Source: Hydrolagus colliei
Lineage: Eukaryota
Assembly (NCBI GenBank): GCA_035084275.1
Contig: CM068762.1
Location: 9,920,001-9,984,000, forward strand
Direction: 5' to 3'
Length of the DNA stretch: 64,000 bases
The first letter of the stretch is position 1, and the number at the start of each line of letters is the position of its first letter. A model generated the notes under the pieces. That model ran no database searches. It worked only from the letters and a program-made list of their open reading frames with translations, and was not told the origin of the DNA. The position numbers and the translations under genes were made by a program. Below are positions 53,363 through 64,000 of the stretch, one piece after another.

Positions 53363-56180
53363 TATTGCCTTTGCCAATATTTTTATTGTCATCATTCTTT
53401 CCAAATCTTTGCTGAGAGATTGTTTGATGCCTATCTTCCTGTCTTATGGAGGACAAAGGACTGATCCGTTGAGGCTTGTTAATTGTGAACTTGTATCCCT
53501 GACAGCTCAGATTCAATTACTTCACATGGAGAGGAGAAGTGTGTAGAGTGGACAACCCAGAGAGGAACATTGTCCTGCCAAAGCCGAGAGGGAATTGGAT
53601 AACTATTTGCCAAATAGGTCGATTGAGCGGTTTGTGAGACAGAGTTTGCATATTACCTATTCTTATTGGATTTTAGGCAGCTGATCTTTCCAGGTTCTGC
53701 GTTATCCTCTGCTCCCTTGCTAATTTCTCGTGTTGAATGGTCAATTAAATTTTGGAATGCTTGCCAAGGCGTTTATTATTTTGAGATGAAAGGCTCAATG
53801 CAAGCTGTTGTTATGATAGGCTCCTTTCTCTCAACTAACCACCTGGGCATCAAGAGGAATAAATAAGAAACTCCTTATCAATTCAGATAGCCACCTTTGG
53901 GCGTAGGCAAAACAATATGAATTGCACCACCACCTCGCAGTTGGATTCGAGTTATTGCCTTTTTTTTTTGCTGCTCATCTTTTCCTAAGCTTTTGCTAAA
54001 GCAATCAAAACAGCAATCAAGTGGCTTAGTCGGGGTGGAAAGAAGAAGAAAAAACGCTTGCTAATCCTCTGATTGCCTGATACAATAAAGGTGGTTCCCC
54101 CCACCCACCCGGCACATCATTAGACTGAAATAAATGGTTCGAATTCATTGGCTACAAAATCTCATTGTGGTTTATGGGGTGGCCGCTGCCACGTTTGACT
54201 CTGTATCTATCGCTCCACTGATCGTTTCTGATCAGTCGTGTTTTCTTGAAGTGCTTTGAAATGTTACAAGTTATCATAATTAATGTAGGATTCAATACAC
54301 AGATCAGAAGGTCGCAGGTTCCAGTCCTGCTCTGTCCTGACATAGTTACAGCTGCCGAGCCAACAAATGATCAACAGACTCGCTGCTCTTAATCACTAGC
54401 CTTTGCTTCTGGTTGTAGAATGTGCTGAGGATTAAGTTCAGCTCCAATTCTCTCCAAAGTTGAATGAACTACATGCCTGTATTCACCAATAGCCTCCACC
54501 CATTCCTTACTCCCCACAGTATCCTTCCATTACTTTCTACTCCACATGTGTGCATCTCTTAAATGCATCTACACTACTGGCTTCAGTCACTGCCTCTATC
54601 TTTTGACCCACGAAAGTAACGCAGTTGAGAGAAGAAGGAATGTAGTTCCTTTGGATTCATTTTGATGCTTCCGATAATCTGGTTTGTCATCATATTCAGT
54701 GGTTAGGCAAATGTTGGCAGAGATCCTGATAATTATGATCAATAAAGCCAATTAACCAGATTAAACCAACACAATGTGGTGTGTTTAAATCCACCGTTCC
54801 CTAAACGTTGGCGATTTATGAAGGATGTTAACGGTCTCGCCCCACAAAAATGGCGTCAATACTGACGCAAATCTTCATCCCTAAAGAATGTGATGGCTTC
54901 GACATTCAAAACCCTGATTGCATTTGAATTAAAACAATTTAACCCTTTCGGCCCACGATTTGAAGTAGTGCGTTCACCCACTGAGACATTGGGGGAAGCC
55001 TTAAAGTAAGGGCAAGATATTTCAATGCCATTCACTAAGAATAGCAAATTCAGCAATGTGCCAGTCAAAGGGTGAATAATAATAATTATTATTATTTATT
55101 ATTCATTATTATTTATTATTAATTATTATTCATTTGACATAGCACCTTATCACATCTTTGACACGTCTCAAAGCGCGTCACGGGTTTTACTGTAAAGTGA
55201 ATTGACTGTATATTTTCTTCCAAGTTACAAGTATTCTTGGCCCTGTGTGATTTAGTTATCTGCTGCCACATTGTATATTACCATGAGTGACCTTATCAAA
55301 CATGTTTAGCTATATTGTTTATCTTGCAATGCGATAAAAATGATTAAGTGCGCAAACACTCAACATCTGTGGCTTGGGACAGCATCAGATAAACTGCTAC
55401 AATAATCCGGCAATGAGGAACATTTAACAACCGTGTTTTGCTTGTCACGATTTCACTACCAAACGCACAATATCGACGGGCTCCAGTAGGACACGTGGCA
55501 ACTAGAACCCCACTCCATATATCGCCTGGGTGCGTGAGGCGGTATCTGGAGTTGTAACCACTCGTGTTTTTTTAACCATTTTTTGAAGCAACACACTGTT
55601 TTGTGGGGACATCGCTGCGTGTGATCGGCTGGTGCATTTCGTCCACAAACTATACAGTCAATTCACTTGGTAGCACCTTCCGTTCTGTGAAGCGCTTTGA
55701 GACGTCTCAATGACATGATAAGGCGCTATATAGGAAATGAAAGGATGATGATTGTCAAGTGTGAATGTGCAATTGGTGGTGGGGGGATGGGGTAGGGAGA
55801 GAGGGATGAAAAGTGCGGGCGGGGGGGAAGGGGGCAGGGAAAGGAGAAGACAACGAGGGTTTTGGGGAGGTTTTCTATTTGTATTGAATGTGATTACAGC
55901 AAAACTATATTCGTAGAGCACGTTTCATGTGTTGGGAGGACATCCCAAGAGCAGGTGCTATAAATACAGTAAAAGCGGGCCATCTGTTCAAATAAGATAA
56001 GATAGAAAGATAAACACACGGACAGGGAGAGGCCAACCCTCTATTGACATGCACGTGGAGGACATTTGCAACAAGTTCCAGCACCAGTCTTTATGTGCGA
56101 TCAAATTTCGCCGCAGCGATTAAAGGGATCAAGGTTAAACATTAATGAATCTTAAAGCACGTGAGCGAGATGGATGCCTT

Positions 56181-56187
56181 TATATAG
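56181..56187 (+). promoter_or_regulatory. Probable TATA box of clps
   Basis: TATATAG 70 nt upstream of the clps ATG, consistent with a short 5'UTR. Confidence 0.6.
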
Positions 56188-56250
56188 GAATCACCAGGGA
56201 ATTGTCATTCACCGGCGATTAAAATTGTCCAGTTACCAAACCATTCCAAA

Positions 56251-56331
56251 ATGAAGACGGTTCTTATCTGCCTGGCGTGCTGGATTGCTGTGGGAATAGC
56301 AGCTCCTGAGAAAGGAATATTTATCAACTTG
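56251..56331 (+). CDS. clps: Pancreatic colipase exon 1 (signal peptide, activation peptide, GIFINL)
   Basis: Manual translation: MKTVLICLACWIAVGIAAPEKGIFINL (27 codons), followed by a gtaagc donor, phase 0. Matches the procolipase N-terminus (human APGPRGIIINL). Confidence 0.95.
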
Positions 56332-56378
56332 GTAAGCAATACACTCGGACACCTGATCTCATCAAACGATTAGATTCA

Positions 56379-56645
56379 ATAATAATAATAATAATAATCC
56401 TTGCATTTTGATGTAGTACTTTTTACGTCTTCAAGACGTCTCAAAGCGCTTCACAGAATATACTGTAAAGTGAATTGACCGTGTATTTGTGGGCGAAACG
56501 CGGCAGCCAATTGCTGGTTTTTTTTTGACGGATTATTATCATTAGGCGTGTGGAGTAAGGAAACTTTCACCCTGACCTGCCTGGATTCGAACACAGGTCT
56601 CATGCTTGTAAGGCGAGCGCTCTAACCAGTGAGCTACAGGACTCC
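56379..56645 (-). mobile_element. SINE family A in clps intron 1
   Basis: Consensus match with core deletion; antisense to clps. Confidence 0.9.
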
Positions 56646-56923
56646 ACATGTTGCATGTTATTGTTGATTAAATAATTGAAGAATTATTAGCATTCGCTTG
56701 AATCAAGTGCAAGCAGATGGAGATGTGTAATAGCGTCAGACTAGACTAGATGCGTTCTCTATCACATTGGGTAGCGAACAAAAAAACCTGTTAAAGTATT
56801 TCGCTGGCTGGGTGGCTTTTGATTTCCCCAAGCTTATATATATATATTTTTTACAGCCGATTATTGTAGTCCAATTGATGATGAACGTTGATGTGCTGTA
56901 AGGTTGTGTTTTTCTTTGTTAAG

Positions 56924-57046
56924 GACAATGGAGAACTGTGCATTGGAAGCTTTCAATGCAAGAGTGACTGTTGTCAGAGAGACACTGCATTGAGTCTCTC
57001 TCGATGTGCAAGCAAAGGACCCGAGGGAGATTTGTGCTCTAACCAT
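56924..57046 (+). CDS. clps: Pancreatic colipase exon 2
   Basis: Acceptor tgtttttctttgttaag; 123 nt encoding DNGELCIGSFQCKSDCCQRDTALSLSRCASKGPEGDLCSNH; donor gtaagt. Compare human ENGELCMNSAQCKSNCCQHSSALGLARC. Confidence 0.96.
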
Positions 57047-57598
57047 GTAAGTAGATTTTGGCAGTAAGTTCCCTTACTTATGGCGCTTATTATTCTGTGA
57101 TGAACAAACTATGCATCGATTCATTGAATTTTCACTTCCGAACTTAACCAAAACTTAATAAGAGTGTGTCTTGACATTCACTCGAGTTAGTAAATAGCAA
57201 GTTTTACCGTGTGTGAAAGTCTTGTCACCTTTTTTCCTTAAACTCAAGTAACTTTTAATAACTGAATTTTATTAAAGTGAGTTTGCCAGCCTGTGCCATA
57301 CACTCTTTGTTTGTTGCAAATTGGCATCGATACCATTCTAGGAGAAAACAGAAGCATATCTTTGTTCGTTCACAGATATCTAGCTTTTATTACTGTCCAT
57401 AATCATTGATTAAAATTGTTTCCATTTATACACTGACTACTCTAGATGTACAAGCTGTTTTGAATCTTTTAGAGCTTGCCTTCTGTTTAAGATATTTTAG
57501 GGAGTTTAAAAAGGGGATTTTTTGTTTTTACCAGCAGTGATCTTTCTCTCTGTGGGATTTCTCTTTGGTAAATAACGAGGTGTTTTCTACCGTTGCAG

Positions 57599-57751
57599 TT
57601 CCTGTACAATGTTTACTACAGATGTCCCTGTGAGCGGGGCCTGAAATGCGATGGGGATAAATCTTTCATTGGTTCCATAACCAACACCAATTTTGGCACC
57701 TGCATAGACCCAAATGACAAGACAAAGGTTATTGAACCAAAAGAAGACTAG
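57599..57751 (+). CDS. clps: Pancreatic colipase exon 3 (to stop)
   Basis: Acceptor ttttctaccgttgcag; encodes FLYNVYYRCPCERGLKCDGDKSFIGSITNTNFGTCIDPNDKTKVIEPKED*, with TAG at 57749-57751. Motifs LYxxYYxCPCERGL and GSITNTNFGxC are colipase signatures. All 10 mature cysteines are present. Confidence 0.96.
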   Translation, partial: FLYNVYYRCPCERGLKCDGDKSFIGSITNTNFGTCIDPNDKTKVIEPKED

Positions 57752-57845
57752 TGATCTCAGCACATGAAACCACTGAAGCACAGAGTGCAATTGGGACGAT
57801 GGTACCCATCTGCACATGTATCCTACATATCAATTACTTGTTGTG

Positions 57846-57851
57846 ATTAAA
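57846..57851 (+). terminator. Probable clps polyadenylation signal (ATTAAA)
   Basis: First poly(A) hexamer seen after the stop, about 95 nt downstream. AATAAA alternatives occur near 58280 and 58312. Confidence 0.5.
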
Positions 57852-58469
57852 TCTTGAAGGCGGGTAACAATTGAGACTGCGAGCTTCCTTTCCAATCTAA
57901 CAAGGTGACTAGTTGTGTGCGATCTTCCCATTGATTGATTGAAAATCACTTCAATTCATCTTAATCCAAGTGTGACGATGCCTTTCGTTTTAGTCTAAAG
58001 TCACAGCACGGCCCCCAAAAGCTCTCGGGTTTTATTATACGCGGTTAATTGCAAAAATGAAACCTCGAGCTTGTCTGATTAAACACCGGGCAGAGATAAA
58101 CCTTTGTCGTTGAAATGCAACACGTACCGTGGAATGAACAATCGGAAAATGCACTGTTTTATTCAGGAATATGTAGATTTCAATAACACTCCAGCGAATC
58201 AATCTCTCCGCTCGACTCGTATTCTCCTTCGATGATTTGTTTTCCTTCATAGCGCCTTGCAGTCCTGCGTGCTTTTATAAATAAACCTGCTTGTCGTCTA
58301 CAATGATGTCCAATAAAACATTGTTTTGCATTGAAGTTGCCTTGCTCTCCTCGTTCCTTTCTCGCTTAAACCCATCTTGAATGCGAAGAGGATTAACGCG
58401 TTTGTGTCGGATGCGCAGTTGAACAATTCTCCCCAAACTTGAGTATCCGCAGGCACTGTGTGTTCTCCT

Positions 58470-58600
58470 TTCCCTCCATCCACCTCATCCCCGACCCCAG
58501 CTCGGGTCTGAAACAATGACTGTCCTGCGCCTTGGGACGTCCTCCTGACGTGAAAGGCGCTTTACAAGCGTAATTTTGTTGTTGTTTTTTTGTTGTGTTC
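58470..58600 (+). mobile_element. L2 3' end (short, 5'-truncated)
   Basis: gcgccttgggacgtcctcctgacgtgaaaggcgc followed by a (TTG)n tail. Similar stubs at about 1345, 3310, 4455, 18850, 34095, 45575 and 60860. Confidence 0.8.
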
Positions 58601-58789
58601 TGAAGATAGTAAACCTCACATAAGTTGTATATCAGTTGGGACCATATATCTTACACAACACATGAGTTCTGTCAAACTTATAAATAATAGAAATTTCAAC
58701 GTAACTTTGAACAAACAATCGTACGATTGATAGAGATCAGACTTATGCGGATTTTACTGCACACAGATGTGACATTTTGTTTTGCACTT

Positions 58790-59135
58790 AGATTCTTAGA
58801 TTCATAGAATTTTACGGCACAAAAGGAGGCCGTTCGGCCCATCTAGTCTGTGCCGGCTCTTTGAAAAGAGCGATTCAATCCCACTGCCCTGCCCGCTCCC
58901 CATAGCCTAATAGACCCGTTCTCCCTAAATAAAGATCTAATTCCCTTTTAAAAGTTGTTATCGAATCAGCCTCCACCACCTTTTCAGGCAATGCATTCCA
59001 GATTCGAACAACTCGCTGAGTGAAAAATTTTCTCCTCAGCTCCCCTCTACTGCGCCTTGAAACTATTTTTAATCTGTGACCACGAGTCACAGATTCGCCC
59101 ACGAGTAGAAATAGTTTTTCTCTATTTGCCCCCAT
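58790..59135 (-). mobile_element. CR1 LINE 3' end
   Basis: TRGHRLK...RRKFFTQRVVRIWNALPEKVVEADSITTFKRELD, then CR1 3'UTR and ttctatgaatctaag tail. Same subfamily as 11762-12115. Confidence 0.92.
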
Positions 59136-60269
59136 TATTATTCACTTGTGACAATATGAATAATTCTTGCATTTAATGCAGGATTTACCACATCGTCTCA
59201 CACCGAACCATCAAAGTTCCATTCCTGCATTTCAAACTCTGCTGACGGGACACGGATTTTACACGCACGTTTGTTTAAAGTCAGGGAATTAGAAAGAGTA
59301 ACGAGGATAAAACACTCCCCCGCAAACAGAATCGGTCGTTCATTTTGTGGCTGCTTGTGCGACACCGCCCGTGGCAACCACACACAGTCACTCCACTGCC
59401 CAGTTGCCCCCCCGCGAAGCTCTTGGGTGAGAAATGTGCCGTGTCAAGTGTAAGGATGATTACCAAGAATTGCTTCGCGTCATTGTGCCGGAGAGTTGGT
59501 GTGAGGTTCAACCTGCCTTGTATCAAAGGAGCGGGTGTGCTTTCAAATCCGCTGCTCTTTCAATGACAGCAAACCTCTCCATCCAAGGAAAGAGTCCACT
59601 TTGTCTCCAGTCTAACTCTATGGACTCAACGTTAATAAAACCCTAGTCAGTGTGATTTACATCTGAAGTGCTGCTGCTGCTGCCGCTGCGTTAATGTGTT
59701 TGTTTTGTTTTGAATCAGCGAGAGAGCGAGCGAGCGGCTTTAATCATCAGAACGAGATCAAAGCCGCCCGCTGTCATTCGATGGTATAATTAGAACATGG
59801 CGCGGCCAGGCTTCTTCTCTGTCTGAGAACCTCGCTCCTCCCCCGTGAACCCTTTGCGGGGACAGACACGGTCGGCAGATCAAGTCGCCGCTCTGTGTTG
59901 ACTAAGATTAGAGCAATGTTCTTATAGCCAACTCTACAGCGAACACACTCACTAACAGCACTGCGTCCTGCCATCGATAATAAGAATAGTAATAAGAAGA
60001 ATAAAATACATTAAAAGATAGGGTAATGTTTCCATTCCACAACCAATATTACCTTGTCTTAAGGAGAACAAGGCTATTCAATTATTAATTACACCAGAAT
60101 AAAACACCCCTTGGATAATGCATGAACTCGGTCTCGTAAACCCAGAGATGGAGATGAATATATTTTGCTCGCAGGCTATTTTAGAATCTAATATGCGGCA
60201 GAAATATTAGCCTCCTTTCCTTTTAAAAAAGATCTGCAATTACTCCAAAGTATAACAATATAACATAAT

Positions 60270-60690
60270 GCAATTGGTATCGCGCCTTATCGTGTCATTG
60301 AGAAGTCTCAAAGCGCTTCACTGGATTTTAGTGCAAAGTGTTTGTGACTGTATATTTGTGGGCAGTTTCATTTAATTTACACATAGCTAATTGCCACAAA
60401 CAGCTACACGGTGGATGATCAAATTTTATCTGGGGAAATGTACATTCAGTACTGTATGTTATAGGATTGTTTTTATCTTTAATGTCCGCCTGAAGAGGCA
60501 GATGACATCTCGGTTTAACATTTCATTTCACCTGAAGAACGGCACCAACGACAATGCAAGGCTCCCCCACGCCCCCCTCCCCAGTACTGCATTGGAATGT
60601 AATCTTAGAGTGTGAGCGCCAAAGTCTCAATGTGGGGATCGAACCTACAACCGTATGATTCAGAGCAAGGAGTGCAACTAACTGAGCCGA
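60270..60690 (-). mobile_element. Older Deu-type SINE (family B), near full length
   Basis: Reverse core (atctttaatgtccgcctgaagaggcaga...ctcggtttaacatttcat) and tRNA head (ggggatcgaacc...taactgagc). Confidence 0.75.
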
Positions 60691-60764
60691 ACTCTAGGGC
60701 CCTCAAGCCTTGGCTCTTGCCATCCTACGCCTAATACTCTGGAATTAAGTAAGCAAGCATCCCT

Positions 60765-60856
60765 CAATCGATCGATCGATCGACCCACCCACCCACCCAC
60801 CCACCCACCCACCAACCAACTAACCAACCAACCAACCAACCAATCAATCAATCAAA
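60765..60856. repeat. Compound tetranucleotide microsatellite (ATCG)n(ACCC)n(ACCA)n(ATCA)n
   Basis: Read directly; abuts a minus-strand L2 tail at about 60860-60950. Confidence 0.95.
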
Positions 60857-61207
60857 ACTTAAATTCATATAGCGCCTTTCACATCGAGAGGACGTCCCAA
60901 GGCGCTGTACAGTTAGGTAGGGACAAGGGCAGGGTGGGAGGGGTCGGGATTAAATTAAATTGTCTATTTAGCTATCTCTAAAAGGTACATACAGATATAA
61001 ATATTAATTATTCATCAAACTAGTGGAATAACCAATGGTCGTTTACCTTGAGTTGAACCAGATGATTTTTAATTCAGAATATTGTATATGATAGATTATA
61101 AAAGCTATGATAACTCACATTAACACAAACAAAGATAAATCTTCCACTTTGAAAATAAAATCAGAGGCAAGATTATCAAATCTTTTTTCTGTCCTCAATG
61201 AATCCTA

Positions 61208-61500
61208 GAGCTCAGGGATTAGAGCATTCGCTTCTAATCACCTGGGTTTGATTCCCGACCAGGGCGAAACCTTGGGCAAATTTCCACACGTCTGATAATA
61301 ATCTGTCAAGAAAAAAAACCACAATAATAACTTGGTCACTCAATCCAGGACTGTTTGTGGGACACTGCTGCCGGGTTTCGCCCAAAAATATACAATCAGT
61401 TTAGCTTAGAGTATATTCTGTGAAGTGCTTTGAGATGTCTCGTAGATCTGAAAAAGCGCTGTGTCAAATGCAAGGATTAGATTACCATTATTATATTATA
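61208..61500 (+). mobile_element. SINE family A
   Basis: Consensus match with small deletions. Confidence 0.85.
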
Positions 61501-61989
61501 TTATTATATTACTATGTTTGATATTCTACTTGTAATATTTTGAGCTTCAGTTTTTTTTTAATGTTGCAAATAACAATAAGTCACAGATCAGAGTTACTGA
61601 GGAATCTACTTTAATAATGAAAGCGGAACCACAGATAATTGGAACAGAACTGGGGAACTAATCCCTCAAAGGCTGTCTAAGTCATAGCCAAACATAGTTA
61701 AGCTATTCTCTCGAGCTTTAATATTGTTAGAATATGTAAGAACCTTTCAGAATCTTTCAAGTACCTTTCTCCTGAATATAATCGCATCACGAGTATTTGG
61801 TGCAAAAATGTACAGAAGAATTTGGATTTTGATGCCCTTACACTAAAGCTGGTGCTTTCTCTGAAGCAATATCTCGTTCCTCTCTGTCCTCTCCCCTCTC
61901 TGAATACCACAATAACCTAATACCTGGGAGATTCCAATATAATCTAGCCTCCTGCTTTAGCAATGGGCCTTTTTCGTTCTGCTTTGACC

Positions 61990-62283
61990 AACGCAGTGGT
62001 TAGTGCACTCGCCTCGCAATCGACAGAACTGGCTTTGATTCCCGACAGAGCAAAGACTTGGGCAAGCTTCCTTACCCCAATCGCTTGACAATAATCCCTC
62101 AAGAAAAAAATAGCGAATAATAATCATTTGCTCACTCAATCCATGACTGTTTGTGGGACACTGCAATTGGCTGCCGCGTTTCGCCCACAAACATAGTCAC
62201 TACACTTTACCATACGTTCTGTGAAGAGCTTTGAGATGTCTAGAAGACAAGATAAGCGATGTATCAAATGCCAGGATTATTAT
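61990..62283 (+). mobile_element. SINE family A
   Basis: Consensus match. Confidence 0.85.
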
Positions 62284-63507
62284 GATTAGTAGTAGTACTG
62301 CAGTAGTATAAGGCGTCTTTCCTAATCTCATTCAGGTGGGCCTAATATGTGTTCATTGCTGTGCAGTCAAAGTTAATCATCTCTAAAGATAGTTCTCCTC
62401 GGCCTCATGGAGGATTCAGCAATTTTGAATCCTCTGCTCTCTGTTCCGATGAACCTTCCTTCTGCTCGACAGTTTTCCCATTTGGCTCAAACCAGCACTT
62501 CTCTGCGTCCCACAGTCCAGTTCTATCTTCCACAGTCGAATGGAGCGTTTGCACCTCTAAATCGTCCAAATAATGGGCCTTGAAATGGGACTTAAAGGAT
62601 CCATCACAGATTATATCCAGGCTTCGGCGTAGGACAATCATCCTCTGAATGTGTTTGAGGCAAATCTCATATCGCTGATACGGACAGGAATGTTCACCTC
62701 AGATTTGATCTGGAGGTGAATGTGCCTGTGCAGGTTCCTTTATTTTGGGTTGTACGTGCGGTGGTTAGAATTCTAAAGAGGATTCATGCCACTGCATTGG
62801 CATCTGGACTCGGAGGAGATTTCCACTGCTCTAATCCTGCGGCGTACAATGCAGTGAAATGAGTAGTTAACAGCCACAAAGGACCGTGAGGTTTACATTG
62901 CTTGTTGGGAGGGGAATATCTCAAACAGTCAGCGGTGAGAGAGATTGAGAACACAAGAACGCAGGAATTGCTGGATCAAATAGAAAGTCCATCCCGTTCA
63001 CCTGTGCCCAAAACTGTTTATTGTACCTCGAGATATTGTTTTCCGAACGGCAATCTGTCTCATTTGTTCTCGAAAGATCGGCTTCAAATTAAAATCAGAA
63101 TATCGTTCTGACCCCAACCTCTGGAACTCCATCCTGCAAGACCCTCCGCGTCGCCCCCCTCCCCGGCCTCCGTCAAGTCCCGTCTCAAGACTCTCCTCTT
63201 CGACGCTTCCATCGACAAATCCTAATCCCCCCCTTCCCTCCCGCCCCCACTCAGCCCCAACCCCGCTGTGCGCTCCCAATTTGCTAGACACTTGAATTGT
63301 CCTTTTATCAAAATGCATTGAATGAATGGAAGTAGTAGCTGCTTTTCCCCTTACGTTTTGCCTCATTTATCCTCTACACCAAGCTCAGGTTCTTAGCCAT
63401 GAAACATCTGACATTTCCTCATACCATGATAAGTGCAATATCAATATGAAATTGTATTGCGCTTTACATTTGAGGTTTGTTTTCAAGCATAGTGTTTAAC
63501 ATACTGC

Positions 63508-63820
63508 AGTCCTGTAGCTCAGTGGTTAGAGCGCTCGCTTCGCAAGCGAGATACCTGGATGTGATTCCCGGTAGGGTGAAACCCTGGGCAAGTTTCCTTA
63601 CTCCACAAGCCTGATAATAATCCCTCAAGAAAATAAAACAATAATAAAAATAGTCACTTCAATCCACGACTGTTTGTGGGCCACTGCTGTGCGCAATGGG
63701 CTGCCGCGTTTTGCTCACAGAATATACAGTCAGTTTGCTTTACGGTATGTTACGTGACGCGCTCTGAGACGTCTCGAAGATGTGGTAAAGGCACTATATC
63801 AAATACAAGAATTATTATTA
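63508..63820 (+). mobile_element. SINE family A, full length
   Basis: Consensus match. Confidence 0.9.
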
Positions 63821-64000
63821 ATATAGACTAGCGAAGATCGCCCTCCAGTGGAGAGTCAGTGCAGGTACTGTGCCACTTCTAATATTGCTGGTCTCTGAGA
63901 ATAGGTTGTGGTATTACATGGCATTTCACCTTCCTCTGAAAAGGCAATGTTCCCCCATAAAGCAGTCAGTCATTTCACTTGACCATAAATCCTGTGGATG

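Noticed and set aside
59910-59922. Glucocorticoid response element (AGAGCA-a-TGTTCT) hinting at FKBP5
   Set aside because: The spacer is 1 nt, not the required 3 nt.
1-64000. CRISPR arrays, rRNA genes or prokaryotic systems
   Set aside because: The sequence is clearly intron-rich vertebrate DNA, and the recurring repeats are dispersed SINE/LINE copies rather than regularly spaced arrays.

Overview
Vertebrate genomic DNA, most likely from a cartilaginous fish (inferred from the repeat families and protein sequences). It contains one 279-nt assembly gap. Two divergently transcribed protein-coding genes are supported. (1) An LHFPL/TMHS-family tetraspan gene on the minus strand, with exon 1 CDS at 41970-41556, a ~41.2-kb intron 1, and exon 2 at 325-92; the last exon(s) lie left of the window. 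It is called LHFPL5 from diagnostic residues and synteny. (2) A complete three-exon pancreatic colipase gene (clps, 118 aa, plus strand, 56251-57751) that the ORF track misses because each exon encodes fewer than 60 aa. The LHFPL5 5' flank carries a consensus RE1/NRSE (REST) site and an RFX X-box. The rest is intron or intergenic DNA with many repeats: a young tRNA-headed Deu-type SINE (over 30 copies and fragments), an older Deu-type SINE, L2 and CR1 LINE fragments, a probable non-autonomous DNA transposon holding a G-rich minisatellite, a TSD-flanked hairpin insertion and microsatellites. Repeat boundaries were read by eye and are approximate. I did not find a wholly new biological system; the best leads are the hidden colipase, the LHFPL3/5-intermediate protein with its REST/RFX promoter, and the SINE/L2 3' stem-loop with compensatory changes.
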